Assembly: GCA_902520335.1 (NCBI GenBank)
Contig: CABYNS010000001.1
Location: 95,604 to 159,603, forward strand
Reading direction: 5' to 3'
From: an uncultured Pelagibacteraceae bacterium
GTDB taxonomy: Bacteria; Pseudomonadota; Alphaproteobacteria; Pelagibacterales; Pelagibacteraceae
DNA: 64,000 bases
Position numbers and translations under genes: made by a program
Notes under the pieces: generated by a model
Told to the model about the DNA's origin: nothing
The model's database searches: none
What the model saw: the letters and a program-made list of their open reading frames with translations, nothing else
Part shown: positions 1 through 10,848 of the stretch, piece by piece
Layout: every line of letters starts with the position of its first letter
Numbering within the stretch: the first letter of the stretch is position 1

Positions 1-229
1 TTTGATTTTTTTTCAAGTAAGGCCAGGCATTATCATAAAAGGATTGAAATGCATCATCAACAGTAAGAAGAATCTTTTTTTCTTTTTTTGGAATATCAAA
101 CTCATTTTCAAAATCTTTTGGATGATAAAAGGTTAAGTTAGCATCTAAAATAAGTTCAACATGTTTCTTGAAAATATCCATTGATATATTCGTTGATGGA
201 TATTTAAATTCATTAAATCGATGGTACAT
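1..229 (-). CDS. polysaccharide deacetylase-like protein, N-terminal fragment (continues past window start)
   Basis: The reverse frame is open to the window edge. My translation is MYHRFNEFKYPSTNISMDIFKKHVELILDANLTFYHPKDFENEFDIPKKEKKILLTVDDAFQSFYDNAWPYLKKNQ. It shows the YHR ... LT(F/V)DD ... P.L pattern of NodB-type deacetylases. The start is uncertain (ATG at 229 or at 181). Confidence 0.4.
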   Translation of the reverse strand, partial: MYHRFNEFKYPSTNISMDIFKKHVELILDANLTFYHPKDFENEFDIPKKEKKILLTVDDAFQSFYDNAWPYLKKNQ

Positions 230-314
230 AATAGACAGTACACCCTCATCATTAGAAAAATATTTAACATTATTTTCTTGTGCGTTTGAGTTAAAAGTCA
301 ATATAATTAAAAAA

Positions 315-698
315 ATGAATAAATTAATTATAGATGCTGCAAAGGATAATATTTTTTTTATGATCATTAATAACAATACTTATAGTGTTACTCATGAAAA
401 TAGCAAAAATAATTATGAAAAATTATTTGTTTTACTTACTGATTTTTTAAAAAAAAATAATTTAGAGATTAGTGATATTGGATCAATTTATATAAATAGA
501 GGTCCTGGTAGTTTTGCAGGTATCAGAAATTCTTTATCAACAATTAAAGCAATTCATATGATTAAAAAAATTGATTATTATTGTTTTAGTTTTAAGGACT
601 TTGAGAATGAAACGAATATAAAGTATGAAAATATACCGCATCTTTGCAGTAAATTTAGCCTCAAAAAAAATTTGATTAACCCTTATTATATAAGTTAG
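315..698 (+). CDS. tsaB: TsaB (YeaZ)-like t6A biosynthesis protein, unusually short (127 aa)
   Basis: MNKLIIDAAKDN... N-terminus and the NRGPGSFAGIRNSLS motif (GPGSFTG(L/I)R of TsaB). The track ORF begins at TTG 168, but that extension overlaps the divergent gene, so ATG 315 fits the family N-terminus better. Confidence 0.6.
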   Translation: MNKLIIDAAKDNIFFMIINNNTYSVTHENSKNNYEKLFVLLTDFLKKNNLEISDIGSIYINRGPGSFAGIRNSLSTIKAIHMIKKIDYYCFSFKDFENETNIKYENIPHLCSKFSLKKNLINPYYIS

Positions 699-706
699 AA
701 TTAGGT

Positions 707-1147
707 ATGACAGACACTACAGATACAATTGAACAAAAGTGTTTAGCTAAAGGTGTTAAACTTACAGAACAAAGAAAAATTATTGCAAAAATAATTTCGG
801 AGTCAAAGTCAGAGTATGGAGAGTCAGATCACCCTGATGTAGATGAACTTTATAGTCGTGTTTCGAAAGTTGATCCAAAAATAAGTATAGCTACAGTTTA
901 CAGAACAGTAAAACTATTCGAAGAGGCTGGGATCTTAACAAAACACGATTTTAAAGGTGGAAAGGCAAGATATGAAGCAATGATCGAGAGCCATCATGAT
1001 CATTTGATAGATATCAAAACAGGTGAGATCATAGAATTTGTTGATGATGAGATAGAGAAGCTTCAAAAAAAAGTTGCTGAAAAATACGGTTATAAATTAG
1101 TAGATCATAAATTGGAATTATATGGGGTTAAAAAAAAGCCTCAATAA
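707..1147 (+). CDS. fur: Fur-family metalloregulator (Fur/Mur type)
   Basis: Winged-helix region (TEQRKIIAKII, SIATVYRTVKLFEEAGIL) and an HHDH metal motif. It sits in the alphaproteobacterial tsaB-(rimI)-fur-miaB position. Confidence 0.85.
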   Translation: MTDTTDTIEQKCLAKGVKLTEQRKIIAKIISESKSEYGESDHPDVDELYSRVSKVDPKISIATVYRTVKLFEEAGILTKHDFKGGKARYEAMIESHHDHLIDIKTGEIIEFVDDEIEKLQKKVAEKYGYKLVDHKLELYGVKKKPQ

Positions 1148-2476
1148 ATGAGTCAAAAAATTTTTATTAAAACTTTTGGATGTCAAATGAATGAGTATGA
1201 CTCTAATAGAATATTAGATACTGTTAAAAAAATTGGTTATGAGAAGACAGAAAAATACGAGGATGCTAATTGTTATTTGTTAAACACATGTCATATAAGG
1301 GATAAAGCTAAAGAAAAAGTCTATTCTGAAATAGGTAGAGTAAAAAAAATTTTTAGATTTAAAAAAAAACCATTAGTTATTATTGCAGGCTGTGTTGCTC
1401 AAGCAGAAAATCAAGAAATGATAAAAAGAGAGCCTTTCATTGATTTGGTAATAGGTCCCCAAGCTTACCATAAAATTAATGATACAATTTTAAATTATGT
1501 TGAAAAAAAAAGGAAACTTGAGGAAACAGAGTTTGATGCAGTTACAAAATTTGAATACTTGAGTAAAATAAAAACTAAAGTAGAAAAAGTTTCATCTTTT
1601 TTAACAATTCAAGAAGGCTGTGATAAGTTTTGTCATTTTTGTGTAGTTCCTTACACTAGAGGACCGGAGTACTCAAGACCGCCTAGTCAAATTTTGGACG
1701 AAGCAAAATATTTAGCAGACAACGGTGTAAGAGAAATAACTTTGTTAGGTCAAAATGTCAATGCTTATGAAAGTAATGGGTTTCGTTTATCAGATTTAAT
1801 ATTAAGTATTGAAAAATTAAATGAAATTAAAAGAGTAAGATACACAACATCTCATCCAAAGGATATGACCAATGACCTGATTGAAGTTTACAAAAGTTCA
1901 AATAAACTTATGCCACTTGTACATTTACCGGTGCAAAGCGGATCGAATAGAATATTAAAATTGATGAATAGAAATCATTCTATTGAGAATTACATCGAAA
2001 CATTTAACAAATTAAAAGAAATTAATTCAAAAATAGAATTTTCAAGTGATTTTATAATTGCTTACCCTGGAGAAGAAAATCAGGATTTTGAAGATACTTT
2101 AAATCTAATAAAAAAAGTAAAGTTTATAAATTCTTACTCGTATATTTTTAGCCCTAGACCTGGAACTGTTTCAGAAAATTTAAATTTAATTGATAAAAAA
2201 ACTTCATTTAAAAGGTTAGAAATAATTCAAAATGAGTTGTTTGAAAATCAGATCCAAAAGAACAAGTCTTTAGAAAACAGTATTGTGGAAGTGTTAGTTG
2301 AAAATTTCACAGAAGATAAAACTAAAACATTTGGAAGATCTAAGCACATGACATCAGTAATCTTTGATGGTAAGAAAAGTGATATTGGAAAAATTGTGCA
2401 AGTAAAAATTAGTAAAAGTAATAGAAGTACTTTATTTGGTGAAATTGTAGATAATTCTAATCAGAAAGTTGCATAA
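1148..2476 (+). CDS. miaB: tRNA-2-methylthio-N6-dimethylallyladenosine synthase
   Basis: FIKTFGCQMNEYDS N-terminal cluster, radical-SAM CDKFCHFCVVP motif and a C-terminal TRAM-like region. The ATG directly abuts the fur stop. Confidence 0.95.
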   Translation: MSQKIFIKTFGCQMNEYDSNRILDTVKKIGYEKTEKYEDANCYLLNTCHIRDKAKEKVYSEIGRVKKIFRFKKKPLVIIAGCVAQAENQEMIKREPFIDLVIGPQAYHKINDTILNYVEKKRKLEETEFDAVTKFEYLSKIKTKVEKVSSFLTIQEGCDKFCHFCVVPYTRGPEYSRPPSQILDEAKYLADNGVREITLLGQNVNAYESNGFRLSDLILSIEKLNEIKRVRYTTSHPKDMTNDLIEVYKSSNKLMPLVHLPVQSGSNRILKLMNRNHSIENYIETFNKLKEINSKIEFSSDFIIAYPGEENQDFEDTLNLIKKVKFINSYSYIFSPRPGTVSENLNLIDKKTSFKRLEIIQNELFENQIQKNKSLENSIVEVLVENFTEDKTKTFGRSKHMTSVIFDGKKSDIGKIVQVKISKSNRSTLFGEIVDNSNQKVA

Positions 2477-2478
2477 AT

Positions 2479-3474
2479 TTGAGCGGAATAACAAAAAAAA
2501 ATATTGATCAGGCAATAAAGTTTGTTTACTCAGACAATAACTCTTTAAGTGTAATATTTCATGATAACGATTTGTTAATGGGTATTGCTGGTGAATTTAA
2601 TAAAAATTTACAGGAACTTGAGAAAATCACAAAATGTAGTTTGTACTCAAGAGGAAATTCTATTCTTATAAAATCGGACCCTGAAACGAATGAAAAAGTA
2701 AAGAATGCGATCCAATTTTTAGTTAATCAATTTATTAATAATGGAAATATAGAAAATAAAGATATACTTTCTTCGGTAGACAAATTTATGATTAATGAAA
2801 AAATAAAAAACAATAATGTAACTGATATAATTAAAACTCCTAAAAAATCTATAATTCCTAGATCAGAGAAACAAAAGAATTATGTCAGAGCTTTAAGACA
2901 AAGTGATATTGTAATTTCTGCGGGGCCAGCAGGAACAGGCAAGACCTTTTTGGCCGTTGCGGTAGGTCTTACAATGCTTTTAGAGAAAAAGATTGAAAGA
3001 ATAATTTTATCAAGACCCGCTGTTGAAGCTGGAGAGCGTTTAGGATTCTTACCCGGTGATATGAAAGAGAAAGTAGACCCTTATTTAAGACCGTTATATG
3101 ACTCTTTATACGACTTGTTTGATTTCGAAAAAATCCAAAGAATGATTGAAATTGGAGATATAGAAATAGCACCACTAGCTTTTATGAGAGGTCGAACTCT
3201 TAAAAATTCCTTTGCAATTTTAGATGAAGCACAAAATGCAACTGATACTCAGATCAAAATGTTTCTTACTCGTATTGGTGAAAATTCAAAAATTGTAGTT
3301 AACGGAGATCCAACCCAAATTGATCTACCTAACAAAAATATGTCGGGATTGGTAAGATCAAAAGAATTACTTGGACATTTAAAAGAGATATCAATAGTTG
3401 ATTTTGATCACTCAGATGTTGTTAGACATCCACTTGTATCAAAAATAGTAAAAGCATATTCAAATAATGATTAA
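2479..3474 (+). CDS. phoH: PhoH-like ATPase (YbeZ)
   Basis: Walker A GPAGTGKTFLAV, ILDEAQN, VNGDPTQIDLP. TTG start. Conserved miaB-phoH-ybeY order. Confidence 0.9.
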   Translation: MSGITKKNIDQAIKFVYSDNNSLSVIFHDNDLLMGIAGEFNKNLQELEKITKCSLYSRGNSILIKSDPETNEKVKNAIQFLVNQFINNGNIENKDILSSVDKFMINEKIKNNNVTDIIKTPKKSIIPRSEKQKNYVRALRQSDIVISAGPAGTGKTFLAVAVGLTMLLEKKIERIILSRPAVEAGERLGFLPGDMKEKVDPYLRPLYDSLYDLFDFEKIQRMIEIGDIEIAPLAFMRGRTLKNSFAILDEAQNATDTQIKMFLTRIGENSKIVVNGDPTQIDLPNKNMSGLVRSKELLGHLKEISIVDFDHSDVVRHPLVSKIVKAYSNND

Positions 3475-3928
3475 AGTTAGTGTCTTCTCTGAAGAGAAGG
3501 CGTGGTCAAAAAGACTGAAAAATTCGGATATTTTTTTTAAAAAAATATGTAGGGCTTTTCCAAAGAAATATCAATTTTCAAACAAAAAAGTATTATTTAG
3601 TTTGCTACTTTCTAATAATAAAAATATTAAAAAACTAAATAAAAATTTTAGAAATAAAAATAAATCTACCGATATTTTATCTTTTCCATTTAATAAAAAA
3701 ATTAAATTTTCTAAAAATATGTATTTGGGAGATATTATAATTAGTTACAATTATTTAAATAAGTCTAAATCTCAGGATTTAGAGTTATTTAAACAAAAAA
3801 CTATTAAAATTTTTATTCATGGTTTTCTTCACCTTTTAGGGTTTGACCACATAAAGAATAAAGATTATTTTAAAATGTTAAGAGAAGAAAATTTTATATA
3901 TAAGCATGTAAAATCTAAAATAAATTAA
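3467..3928 (+). CDS. ybeY: rRNA maturation endoribonuclease YbeY
   Basis: HGFLHLLGFDH zinc-binding motif. Overlaps the phoH end by 8 nt. Confidence 0.9.
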   Translation: MIKVSVFSEEKAWSKRLKNSDIFFKKICRAFPKKYQFSNKKVLFSLLLSNNKNIKKLNKNFRNKNKSTDILSFPFNKKIKFSKNMYLGDIIISYNYLNKSKSQDLELFKQKTIKIFIHGFLHLLGFDHIKNKDYFKMLREENFIYKHVKSKIN

Positions 3929-3929
3929 T

Positions 3930-5474
3930 TTGAAAAAAAAAATTTATATTGAATCAATTATTTTAATTTTACTAGGTTCCTTTTCGTCATTAAGCTTACC
4001 TCCATTTAACTATATCCTAATTAATTTTTTAACTTTTAGTTTACTTTATATTCTTTTGATAAAAATCTTTGAGGTAAGTAAAAATAAAAAGTTATTTTTC
4101 CTCTATGGTTGGTTATTTGGACTTGGATATTTTACAAGTAATCTTTATTGGATTTCGATATCATTAACTTTTGATGAAAGCTTTAAGTTTTTGATTCCTC
4201 TAAGTATAGTTTTGGTCCCAGCTTTTTTAGCTTTATTTTATGGTTTAGCCTCATTTTTATTTTTAATCCTTAAGCCAAAGAAAAATATAAGCTCTTTTTT
4301 TCTTTTTTCCCTAATATTTGGGACAATTGAATTCATAAGAGGAACTATTCTGACTGGATTTCCATGGAATTTGATTGCTTATAGTTTTTCTAATTATATT
4401 GAAATTTTAAGTATTACTTCGATTATTGGCACTTATAGTTTTAATCTTTTTTGCATTTCTCTTTTTGCTAGTACTTCATTTTTAATCTTAAGAGACAATA
4501 AAAAAGAGATTATTGTTTGTATTTTATTTCTCATAATAACCTTATGTTTTTATTTTTTTGGCTCTCAACGATTAGAAAAATTCAATAATATTGAGGCTAA
4601 TAAATTAAATTACAAGCTAAGAGTTATTAGCTCAAATGTTAGTATTGATAGATTTTATAATGATACTGATCCTGTTTCAGTAATTAATGATCTCATTAAA
4701 ATCAGTTCACCACAAAATAATGTAAAAACAATTTTTATTTGGCCCGAGGGTATATTGCCAGACATTTCAAAAGACCAATTAAAGGAATATAAATTTTTAT
4801 TTGAGAATGAATTCAATGAAAATCACATATTATCAATTGGGATTAATGATATAAAAAAAGAAGGCCAAATCATTAAATATTTTAATTCATTCACAATTTA
4901 TAATCACAACCTTGAAATATTAAATTCATACAACAAAGTTAAACTGGTTCCCTTCGGTGAATTTTTACCCTTTGAAAAAATACTGAGCCTTACAGGATTA
5001 AAGACAATCACTAATAATTATCAATCTTATTCAAAAGGAAAAAAAAGAAACATTATAGAATTGGATGAAATTAATTTTTCATTAAAACTATTGCCGCTTA
5101 TTTGTTATGAAATAATTTATACTGGAAATATTTTTAATAATAGAGATTTTGATTTTATTGTAAATATTTCCGAAGATGGTTGGTTTGGCCAGTCTATAGG
5201 TCCTCATCAACATTTTGTTCACAGTATTTATAGAGCCATTGAAAGTGGCAAATATGTTTTAAGATCTGCTAATAATGGAATAGCCGCAATAGTAAATCCC
5301 TTGGGAGTTGTTGAAAAACAAGTTGATTTAAATCAATCTGGTTTTATTGATTTATTTGAAACAAAAAAAATAGAGCCGACAATATTTTCAAAATATGGAA
5401 ATAAAATTTTTGCAATAGTAATTTTGTTGTATATTTTTTTAATATTTTCATTTAATAGAATTAGAGATGAGTGA
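3930..5474 (+). CDS. lnt: apolipoprotein N-acyltransferase
   Basis: Multi-TM N-terminal half followed by a nitrilase-like C-terminal domain (IWPEG, LICYE, SEDGWFG). TTG start 1 nt after the ybeY stop. Confidence 0.85.
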   Translation: MKKKIYIESIILILLGSFSSLSLPPFNYILINFLTFSLLYILLIKIFEVSKNKKLFFLYGWLFGLGYFTSNLYWISISLTFDESFKFLIPLSIVLVPAFLALFYGLASFLFLILKPKKNISSFFLFSLIFGTIEFIRGTILTGFPWNLIAYSFSNYIEILSITSIIGTYSFNLFCISLFASTSFLILRDNKKEIIVCILFLIITLCFYFFGSQRLEKFNNIEANKLNYKLRVISSNVSIDRFYNDTDPVSVINDLIKISSPQNNVKTIFIWPEGILPDISKDQLKEYKFLFENEFNENHILSIGINDIKKEGQIIKYFNSFTIYNHNLEILNSYNKVKLVPFGEFLPFEKILSLTGLKTITNNYQSYSKGKKRNIIELDEINFSLKLLPLICYEIIYTGNIFNNRDFDFIVNISEDGWFGQSIGPHQHFVHSIYRAIESGKYVLRSANNGIAAIVNPLGVVEKQVDLNQSGFIDLFETKKIEPTIFSKYGNKIFAIVILLYIFLIFSFNRIRDE

Positions 5475-6636
5475 TTTAAAAAACTATCTTTTTACAAGCG
5501 AATCCGTCTCTGAAGGACATCCAGACAAAGTATCTGATAGAATTTCAGATATGGTTGTTGATACTTATATTTCCAGAGATCCGTATTCTAGAGTAGCCTG
5601 TGAAACATTAACCACAACAAATAAAGTTGTTTTGGCTGGTGAGGTAAGAGGCCCTGAAATAAAAAAGGATGAATTAATTGAAAAAATTAGAAATTGTATT
5701 AGGGATATTGGCTATGATCAAGAGGGGTTTACTTGGAAAGAGAAAACAATAATTGAAAGTCATTTACATTCTCAATCTGCAGATATTGCAATGGGTGTAG
5801 ATTCATCAAAAAATAAAGATGAGGGGGCTGGAGATCAAGGGATAATGTTTGGTTATGCATGTGATGAAACGGATGTTTTGATGCCAGCACCAATTCATTA
5901 TTCTCATAAAATTTTAAGATTAATGGCTGAGGATAGAAAGTCAGGAAAATTGAAAAATATTGAACCAGACTCAAAAAGTCAAGTAACATTTGAGTATGTC
6001 GAAGGAAAACCTAGTCAAGTTAAATCTGTAGTTATATCCTCTCAGCACTCAGCTGATGTAAATCAATCACAAGTTAGAGATTTATTAAAACCTTACATGT
6101 TAAAATCTATACCTGAAAATTTTTTAGAAGATTTTGATGAGGATGAATTTTATGTGAACCCTACTGGTAATTTTGTAATTGGCGGCCCTGATGGGGATTG
6201 TGGCTTGACAGGACGAAAAATTATTGTTGATACTTATGGAGGAGCTGCTCCTCATGGTGGTGGTGCGTTTTCAGGGAAGGACCCAACTAAAGTTGATAGG
6301 TCAGCAGCTTATGCTGCTAGATATATTGCAAAAAACGTTGTTGCATCTAAAATTTCTAAAAAGTGTTTAATTCAATTGGCATACGCAATTGGTGTTTCGA
6401 AACCCCTCTCTATTTATGTTGATCTTTTTGACAAAGATTTAGAAAAAAATAAATTTGTCGTAAAAAAAATCCAAGACAACTTTGATTTATCTCCTCGAGG
6501 GATAAGAGAAATGTTAGGGTTAAATAAACCTATATATGAAAAAACTGCTGCATATGGCCATTTTGGTAGAATGCCGGAAGATGATGGCTCCTTTTCTTGG
6601 GAAAAAACAGATAAAATGGGTATTTTTTCTAAATAG
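5467..6636 (+). CDS. metK: S-adenosylmethionine synthetase
   Basis: [35 protein letters not shown] motifs. Confidence 0.97.
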   Translation: MSDLKNYLFTSESVSEGHPDKVSDRISDMVVDTYISRDPYSRVACETLTTTNKVVLAGEVRGPEIKKDELIEKIRNCIRDIGYDQEGFTWKEKTIIESHLHSQSADIAMGVDSSKNKDEGAGDQGIMFGYACDETDVLMPAPIHYSHKILRLMAEDRKSGKLKNIEPDSKSQVTFEYVEGKPSQVKSVVISSQHSADVNQSQVRDLLKPYMLKSIPENFLEDFDEDEFYVNPTGNFVIGGPDGDCGLTGRKIIVDTYGGAAPHGGGAFSGKDPTKVDRSAAYAARYIAKNVVASKISKKCLIQLAYAIGVSKPLSIYVDLFDKDLEKNKFVVKKIQDNFDLSPRGIREMLGLNKPIYEKTAAYGHFGRMPEDDGSFSWEKTDKMGIFSK

Positions 6637-6692
6637 TTTGAGTTGAATTAAAAAAAAACTTTACTATATTTACATCAAACTACTAAATTTAC

Positions 6693-6720
6693 AAAATGGG
6701 CATTTGCCCATTTTTTTTTG
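6693..6720 (+). terminator. rho-independent terminator after metK
   Basis: AAAATGGGCA-TT-TGCCCATTTT hairpin (6693-6714) followed by a T run. Confidence 0.7.
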
Positions 6721-6732
6721 GAATAAACAAAA

Positions 6733-8286
6733 ATGTTGAACAAAAGAGCAGATAAATTAGAATTAATAAGAATCGCCGAAGCAGTGGCACTTGAAAAGTC
6801 TATAGATAAAGAATTGATAATTAGTTCTATGGAAACTGGAATTGCGAAAGCTGCAAAATCAAAATTTGGACAAGATAATGAAATTAAAGTTTTAATTAAT
6901 AGAGATAATGGTGATATTGAAATATTTAGAAAATTAATTGTTGCAGAAAATCCTGAAAATTCAAATATGGAAATTAAACTGGAGGATGCGATAAACCTAA
7001 ATGATAATAATAAAAATAAATCTGTAGGTGATGAGGTTTTACAACCATTACCTTCTTTTGATTTTGGAAGGATCGCAGCACAAATTGCTAAACAAGTAAT
7101 AAGTTCAAATGTAAGAGATGCAGAACGTGAACGACAATTTAACGATTTTATTGATAAAAAAGACACAATTTTGAGTGGTATTGTAAAAAGATTAGAATTT
7201 GGAAATGTCATAGTTGATTTAGGCAGAACAGAGGCTGTCATTCAAAAAAATGAGCTAATCCCAAGAGAAAATATAAAGGCAGGAGATAGAATTAAAGCTT
7301 ATTGTTTTGATGTAAGAAGAGAACAAAGGGGTCAACAAATATTTTTATCAAGAGCACATCCAAAATTTATGGAAAAACTTTTTGTTCAAGAAGTTCCAGA
7401 AATTTATGATGGCCTGATAGAAATTAAATCTTCTTCGCGAGACCCTGGTAGTAGAGCAAAAATTTGTGTTAAAGCTATAGATGCATCTTTAGATCCAGTT
7501 GGAGCTTGTGTAGGTATGAGAGGTTCGAGAGTTCAAGCTGTAGTAAACGAACTACAAGGTGAAAAAATAGATATTGTCAACTGGTCTGAAGATCCAGCGA
7601 TTTTAGTTTCTAGCGCCCTATCTCCTGCTGAAGTTTTAAGAGTTAACGTTGAACCAGAGCGAAAAAAATTGGATGTAATATTGACCGAAGAAAATTTAAG
7701 TAAGGCAATTGGAAGAAGAGGTCAGAATGTGCGACTTGCTACAAAATTACTGAATTATGAAATTAATATTATGACAGATCAAGAAGATTCAGAGAGAAGA
7801 CAACAAGACTTTAAAGAAAAGACAGAAAATTTTGTAAAAAATTTAGAATTAGATGAAACACTTGGGCAATTGCTTGTAGCTGAAGGATTTTCAACAATCG
7901 ATGATATTAAGGACAGTTCGATTGAAAACCTAACTAAAATTGAAGGAATTGAAGAGGAGACTGCCCAAGCACTTATTGAAAGATCAAAAGATTTTCATAA
8001 AAAGGACCAAGAAGATATATCCAAAAGAATTAAAGAACTTGGTTTAAGCGAATCCTTAATTAATTTAAAAGGTCTTACACCAGGAATGTTGGTCACTTTA
8101 GGAGAAAAAAAAATTCTCTCATTAGAGGAATTTGCTGATTTGGCATCTGATGAACTTACAGGGGGTTACGATATTATAAAAGGGGCAAAAATTAGAATTG
8201 AAGGATATCTCGAAGATTTTGCACTTTCAAAAGAAGAAGCTGATGAGTTAATTATGTCGGCTAGAAGAATTGTTTACAAAGATTAA
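6733..8286 (+). CDS. nusA: transcription termination/antitermination factor NusA
   Basis: S1 and KH regions (RIAAQIAKQVI, DPVGACVGMRGSRVQ, AIGRRGQNVRLA) plus C-terminal HhH repeats. Confidence 0.95.
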   Translation: MLNKRADKLELIRIAEAVALEKSIDKELIISSMETGIAKAAKSKFGQDNEIKVLINRDNGDIEIFRKLIVAENPENSNMEIKLEDAINLNDNNKNKSVGDEVLQPLPSFDFGRIAAQIAKQVISSNVRDAERERQFNDFIDKKDTILSGIVKRLEFGNVIVDLGRTEAVIQKNELIPRENIKAGDRIKAYCFDVRREQRGQQIFLSRAHPKFMEKLFVQEVPEIYDGLIEIKSSSRDPGSRAKICVKAIDASLDPVGACVGMRGSRVQAVVNELQGEKIDIVNWSEDPAILVSSALSPAEVLRVNVEPERKKLDVILTEENLSKAIGRRGQNVRLATKLLNYEINIMTDQEDSERRQQDFKEKTENFVKNLELDETLGQLLVAEGFSTIDDIKDSSIENLTKIEGIEEETAQALIERSKDFHKKDQEDISKRIKELGLSESLINLKGLTPGMLVTLGEKKILSLEEFADLASDELTGGYDIIKGAKIRIEGYLEDFALSKEEADELIMSARRIVYKD

Positions 8287-8299
8287 TAAGAGATGAGTT

Positions 8300-10468
8300 A
8301 TGGAAAAAAAATTAAAATTATCTTTATCTGGCAAAGCCAAAAAGCCTTTAAAAATTGTTGATGTAAATAAGTTTTCAGGTAAACGGTCAGTAGTAATAGA
8401 AAAATCTCATAATAGATTATCAAAAAGAGGCAGTTCATTTGCACCTAAAAAACCTCTGATTGACCCAAAATTTAAGACAAACGCTAGTGATTTTGAAAAA
8501 AGAAAACTTGCTGAGCAAAGAGCAACAAAAAGATTAAAAGATGAGTCAAATACGAAAGATAAAAAACATAAACTTATACCAAAAAAAAGAGAGGTCAAAT
8601 TAACCGTCTCTAGAGCCTTGAGCGATGAAATAGAAGCAAGAGAAAGGAGTCTAGCATCTGTAAAAAGAGCAAGAGAAAAAGAACACAAAAACCAAAATAA
8701 AGAACAAAATAGTGAAAGTGCTAAACCAATTAAAAGAGATGTAAATATACCAGAAGCGATCACTGTTAGAGAGTTAGCAAATAGAATGGCAGAGCAATCA
8801 ACCAATGTGATTAAATACTTATTTGGAATGGGTGTTACGGTCACAATTAATCAAACACTTGCTGCTGATACTGCAGAATATTTGGTAAAAGAATTTGGTC
8901 ATAACCCAATCAGAGAAGAAAAAGCTGAGGAAATAATTCAAAAAATTAAAGCTTCGAGAGCTGAAAATTTAAGAAATAGGCCTCCAATTGTAACTGTAAT
9001 GGGGCATGTTGATCATGGGAAAACCTCTGTGCTTGATGTTCTTAGAAGTGCAAATGTTGTTTCAGGTGAATTTGGTGGAATTACACAACATATAGGAGCC
9101 TATCAAATAGAAAGCCAAGGCAACAAATTAACTTTTATAGATACACCAGGCCATGCTGCTTTTACAGAGATGAGGGCAAGAGGTTCAAAACTTACTGATT
9201 TAGTTGTATTAGTGGTCGCTGCAGACGATGGTGTAAAACCTCAAACAGTGGAGTCAATCAAGCACGCAAAAGCAGCTAACGTTCCAATAGTAGTTGCAAT
9301 TAATAAATGTGATTTACCAGAAGCCGATCCTCAAAAGATTAAGAATCAATTATTGGAACATGAACTAATCGCTGAAGACTTGTCAGGTGATACTTTAATG
9401 GTAGAAATATCAACTAAGACAAAAAAAAACTTAGATAAATTAGTAGAGTCAATAATTCTTCAGGCTGAAATATTAGATCTTAAAACTGATTACGAGTCCA
9501 AGGCAACAGGAATTGTTCTAGAATCAAAAATAGATGTTGGGAGAGGACCTGTAGCAAATATAATTGTAACAACAGGGCTTCTTAAGAAAGGAGACTTTTT
9601 TGTAAGTGGGTTAAAATGGGGAAAGATCAGAGCAATTATAAACGACAAGGGACAAAATATTGATGAAGCCTACCCATCAACACCAGTAGAAATATTAGGA
9701 ATCAATGGAGCATCAAAAGCCGGAGATGATTTTATTGTTTTAGAGACGGAGAAAGAAGCTAAAACATTAAGTCAAAACAGAGCTCAGGAAAAAAAAGATG
9801 GTAAAAATCCCTTATCATTTGCAACGCAAGAGTCTGCTTTTTCAAAAAATTCTTTAAAAGAACTTAATTTAATTATTAAATCTGATGTACATGGATCCTC
9901 AGAGGCAATTAAAAATGCAATAAGTCAAATTACTCATGATGAAGTTAAACCAAAAATAATTTTAGCAGATATAGGAATGGTAACAGAAACAGATGTTACT
10001 TTAGCAAAGGCATCTAATGCTATTCTTGTTGCATTTAATGTCAAACCTAGCAAGGAAGCAAAAAAACTTGCTGATAACGAAAAAATAAAAATTTCTTCTT
10101 ACAATATAATTTATGAAGTTTTAGATTATATTAAAAAAAAGATGTCAGGATTATTAGCTCCAGATATCCAAGAAAAAATAATAGGTACGGCACAAATTTT
10201 AGAGATTTTTAAGGTCTCAGGAGCTGGCAAGGTAGCTGGCTTAAAAGTCATCGAGGGAGAAATAAATAGCTCATCTGATGTAAGGATTATTAGAGATGGT
10301 TCTATTATTTATACAGGAAAAGTTTCGTCAATATTTAGAGAAAAAAACCAAGTCAAACAGGTAAGCAGCGGGCAAGAATGTGGTATAACAGTGAGAGATT
10401 ATATGGATTTTCAAAAAAATGATACAATAGAGGCTTTTAGTTTTACATCTACTGAGAGGTCAATTTAA
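8300..10468 (+). CDS. infB: translation initiation factor IF-2
   Basis: GTPase motifs [23 protein letters not shown]. Follows nusA. Confidence 0.97.
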   Translation: MEKKLKLSLSGKAKKPLKIVDVNKFSGKRSVVIEKSHNRLSKRGSSFAPKKPLIDPKFKTNASDFEKRKLAEQRATKRLKDESNTKDKKHKLIPKKREVKLTVSRALSDEIEARERSLASVKRAREKEHKNQNKEQNSESAKPIKRDVNIPEAITVRELANRMAEQSTNVIKYLFGMGVTVTINQTLAADTAEYLVKEFGHNPIREEKAEEIIQKIKASRAENLRNRPPIVTVMGHVDHGKTSVLDVLRSANVVSGEFGGITQHIGAYQIESQGNKLTFIDTPGHAAFTEMRARGSKLTDLVVLVVAADDGVKPQTVESIKHAKAANVPIVVAINKCDLPEADPQKIKNQLLEHELIAEDLSGDTLMVEISTKTKKNLDKLVESIILQAEILDLKTDYESKATGIVLESKIDVGRGPVANIIVTTGLLKKGDFFVSGLKWGKIRAIINDKGQNIDEAYPSTPVEILGINGASKAGDDFIVLETEKEAKTLSQNRAQEKKDGKNPLSFATQESAFSKNSLKELNLIIKSDVHGSSEAIKNAISQITHDEVKPKIILADIGMVTETDVTLAKASNAILVAFNVKPSKEAKKLADNEKIKISSYNIIYEVLDYIKKKMSGLLAPDIQEKIIGTAQILEIFKVSGAGKVAGLKVIEGEINSSSDVRIIRDGSIIYTGKVSSIFREKNQVKQVSSGQECGITVRDYMDFQKNDTIEAFSFTSTERSI

Positions 10469-10836
10469 TGGCAGATCGAATAGGAAAACCAGTTTCTCAA
10501 AGACAGCTTAGAGTTGGAGAAATGATTAAGCAGTCTTTAAGCATGATTTTTATGAAAAATGAGGCTAAGTTGCCAAACTTAGAGACAAATACTATAACAG
10601 TTACCGAGGTTAGAATGAGTCCAGATTTAAAAATTGCTAAAGCTTATGTTCTTCCATTAGGAGGAAAAGATGCTGAGGAAACGGTTAATGTTTTAAAAGA
10701 ATACTCATTTTTGATTAGAAAAATTTTATCACAAAAAGTGGTTATGAAATTTTTACCAAAAGTACTTTTTAGAAAAGACGAATCTTTTGAGTATGCGGAA
10801 AAAATAGAAAACTTAATAAAACAAACAAATAAATAG
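10468..10836 (+). CDS. rbfA: ribosome-binding factor A
   Basis: RQLRVGEMIKQ..., VTEVRMSPDLKIAKAYV. TAATG overlap with infB. Confidence 0.85.
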   Translation: MADRIGKPVSQRQLRVGEMIKQSLSMIFMKNEAKLPNLETNTITVTEVRMSPDLKIAKAYVLPLGGKDAEETVNVLKEYSFLIRKILSQKVVMKFLPKVLFRKDESFEYAEKIENLIKQTNK

Positions 10837-10848
10837 GAAAAATAAAGA

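Noticed and set aside
168-314. N-terminal extension of the tsaB ORF from TTG 168.
   Set aside because: The extension has no TsaB similarity and overlaps the divergent deacetylase-like gene start. The family-typical N-terminus (MNKLIIDA...) begins at ATG 315.
6675-7241. 188-aa reverse-strand ORF overlapping the nusA 5' region. The same class covers 2969-3175, 5729-5989, 8407-8844, 10644-10967, 11355-11699, 12738-12989, 15273-15494, 17358-17564, 17855-18049, 21129-21359, 26253-26483, 27167-27355, 28594-28815, 30845-31177, 31806-32045, 42854-43063, 44818-45195, 45354-45566, 48180-48407, 51562-51941, 52096-52365, 53192-55904 (several), 58555-58809, 59254-59439, 61746-61934 and 63102-63380.
   Set aside because: All lie antisense to, or out of frame within, strongly recognisable conserved genes. 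Their translations are low-complexity (Leu/Ser/Phe/Ile-rich) with no family motifs. They are shadow ORFs of the real genes.
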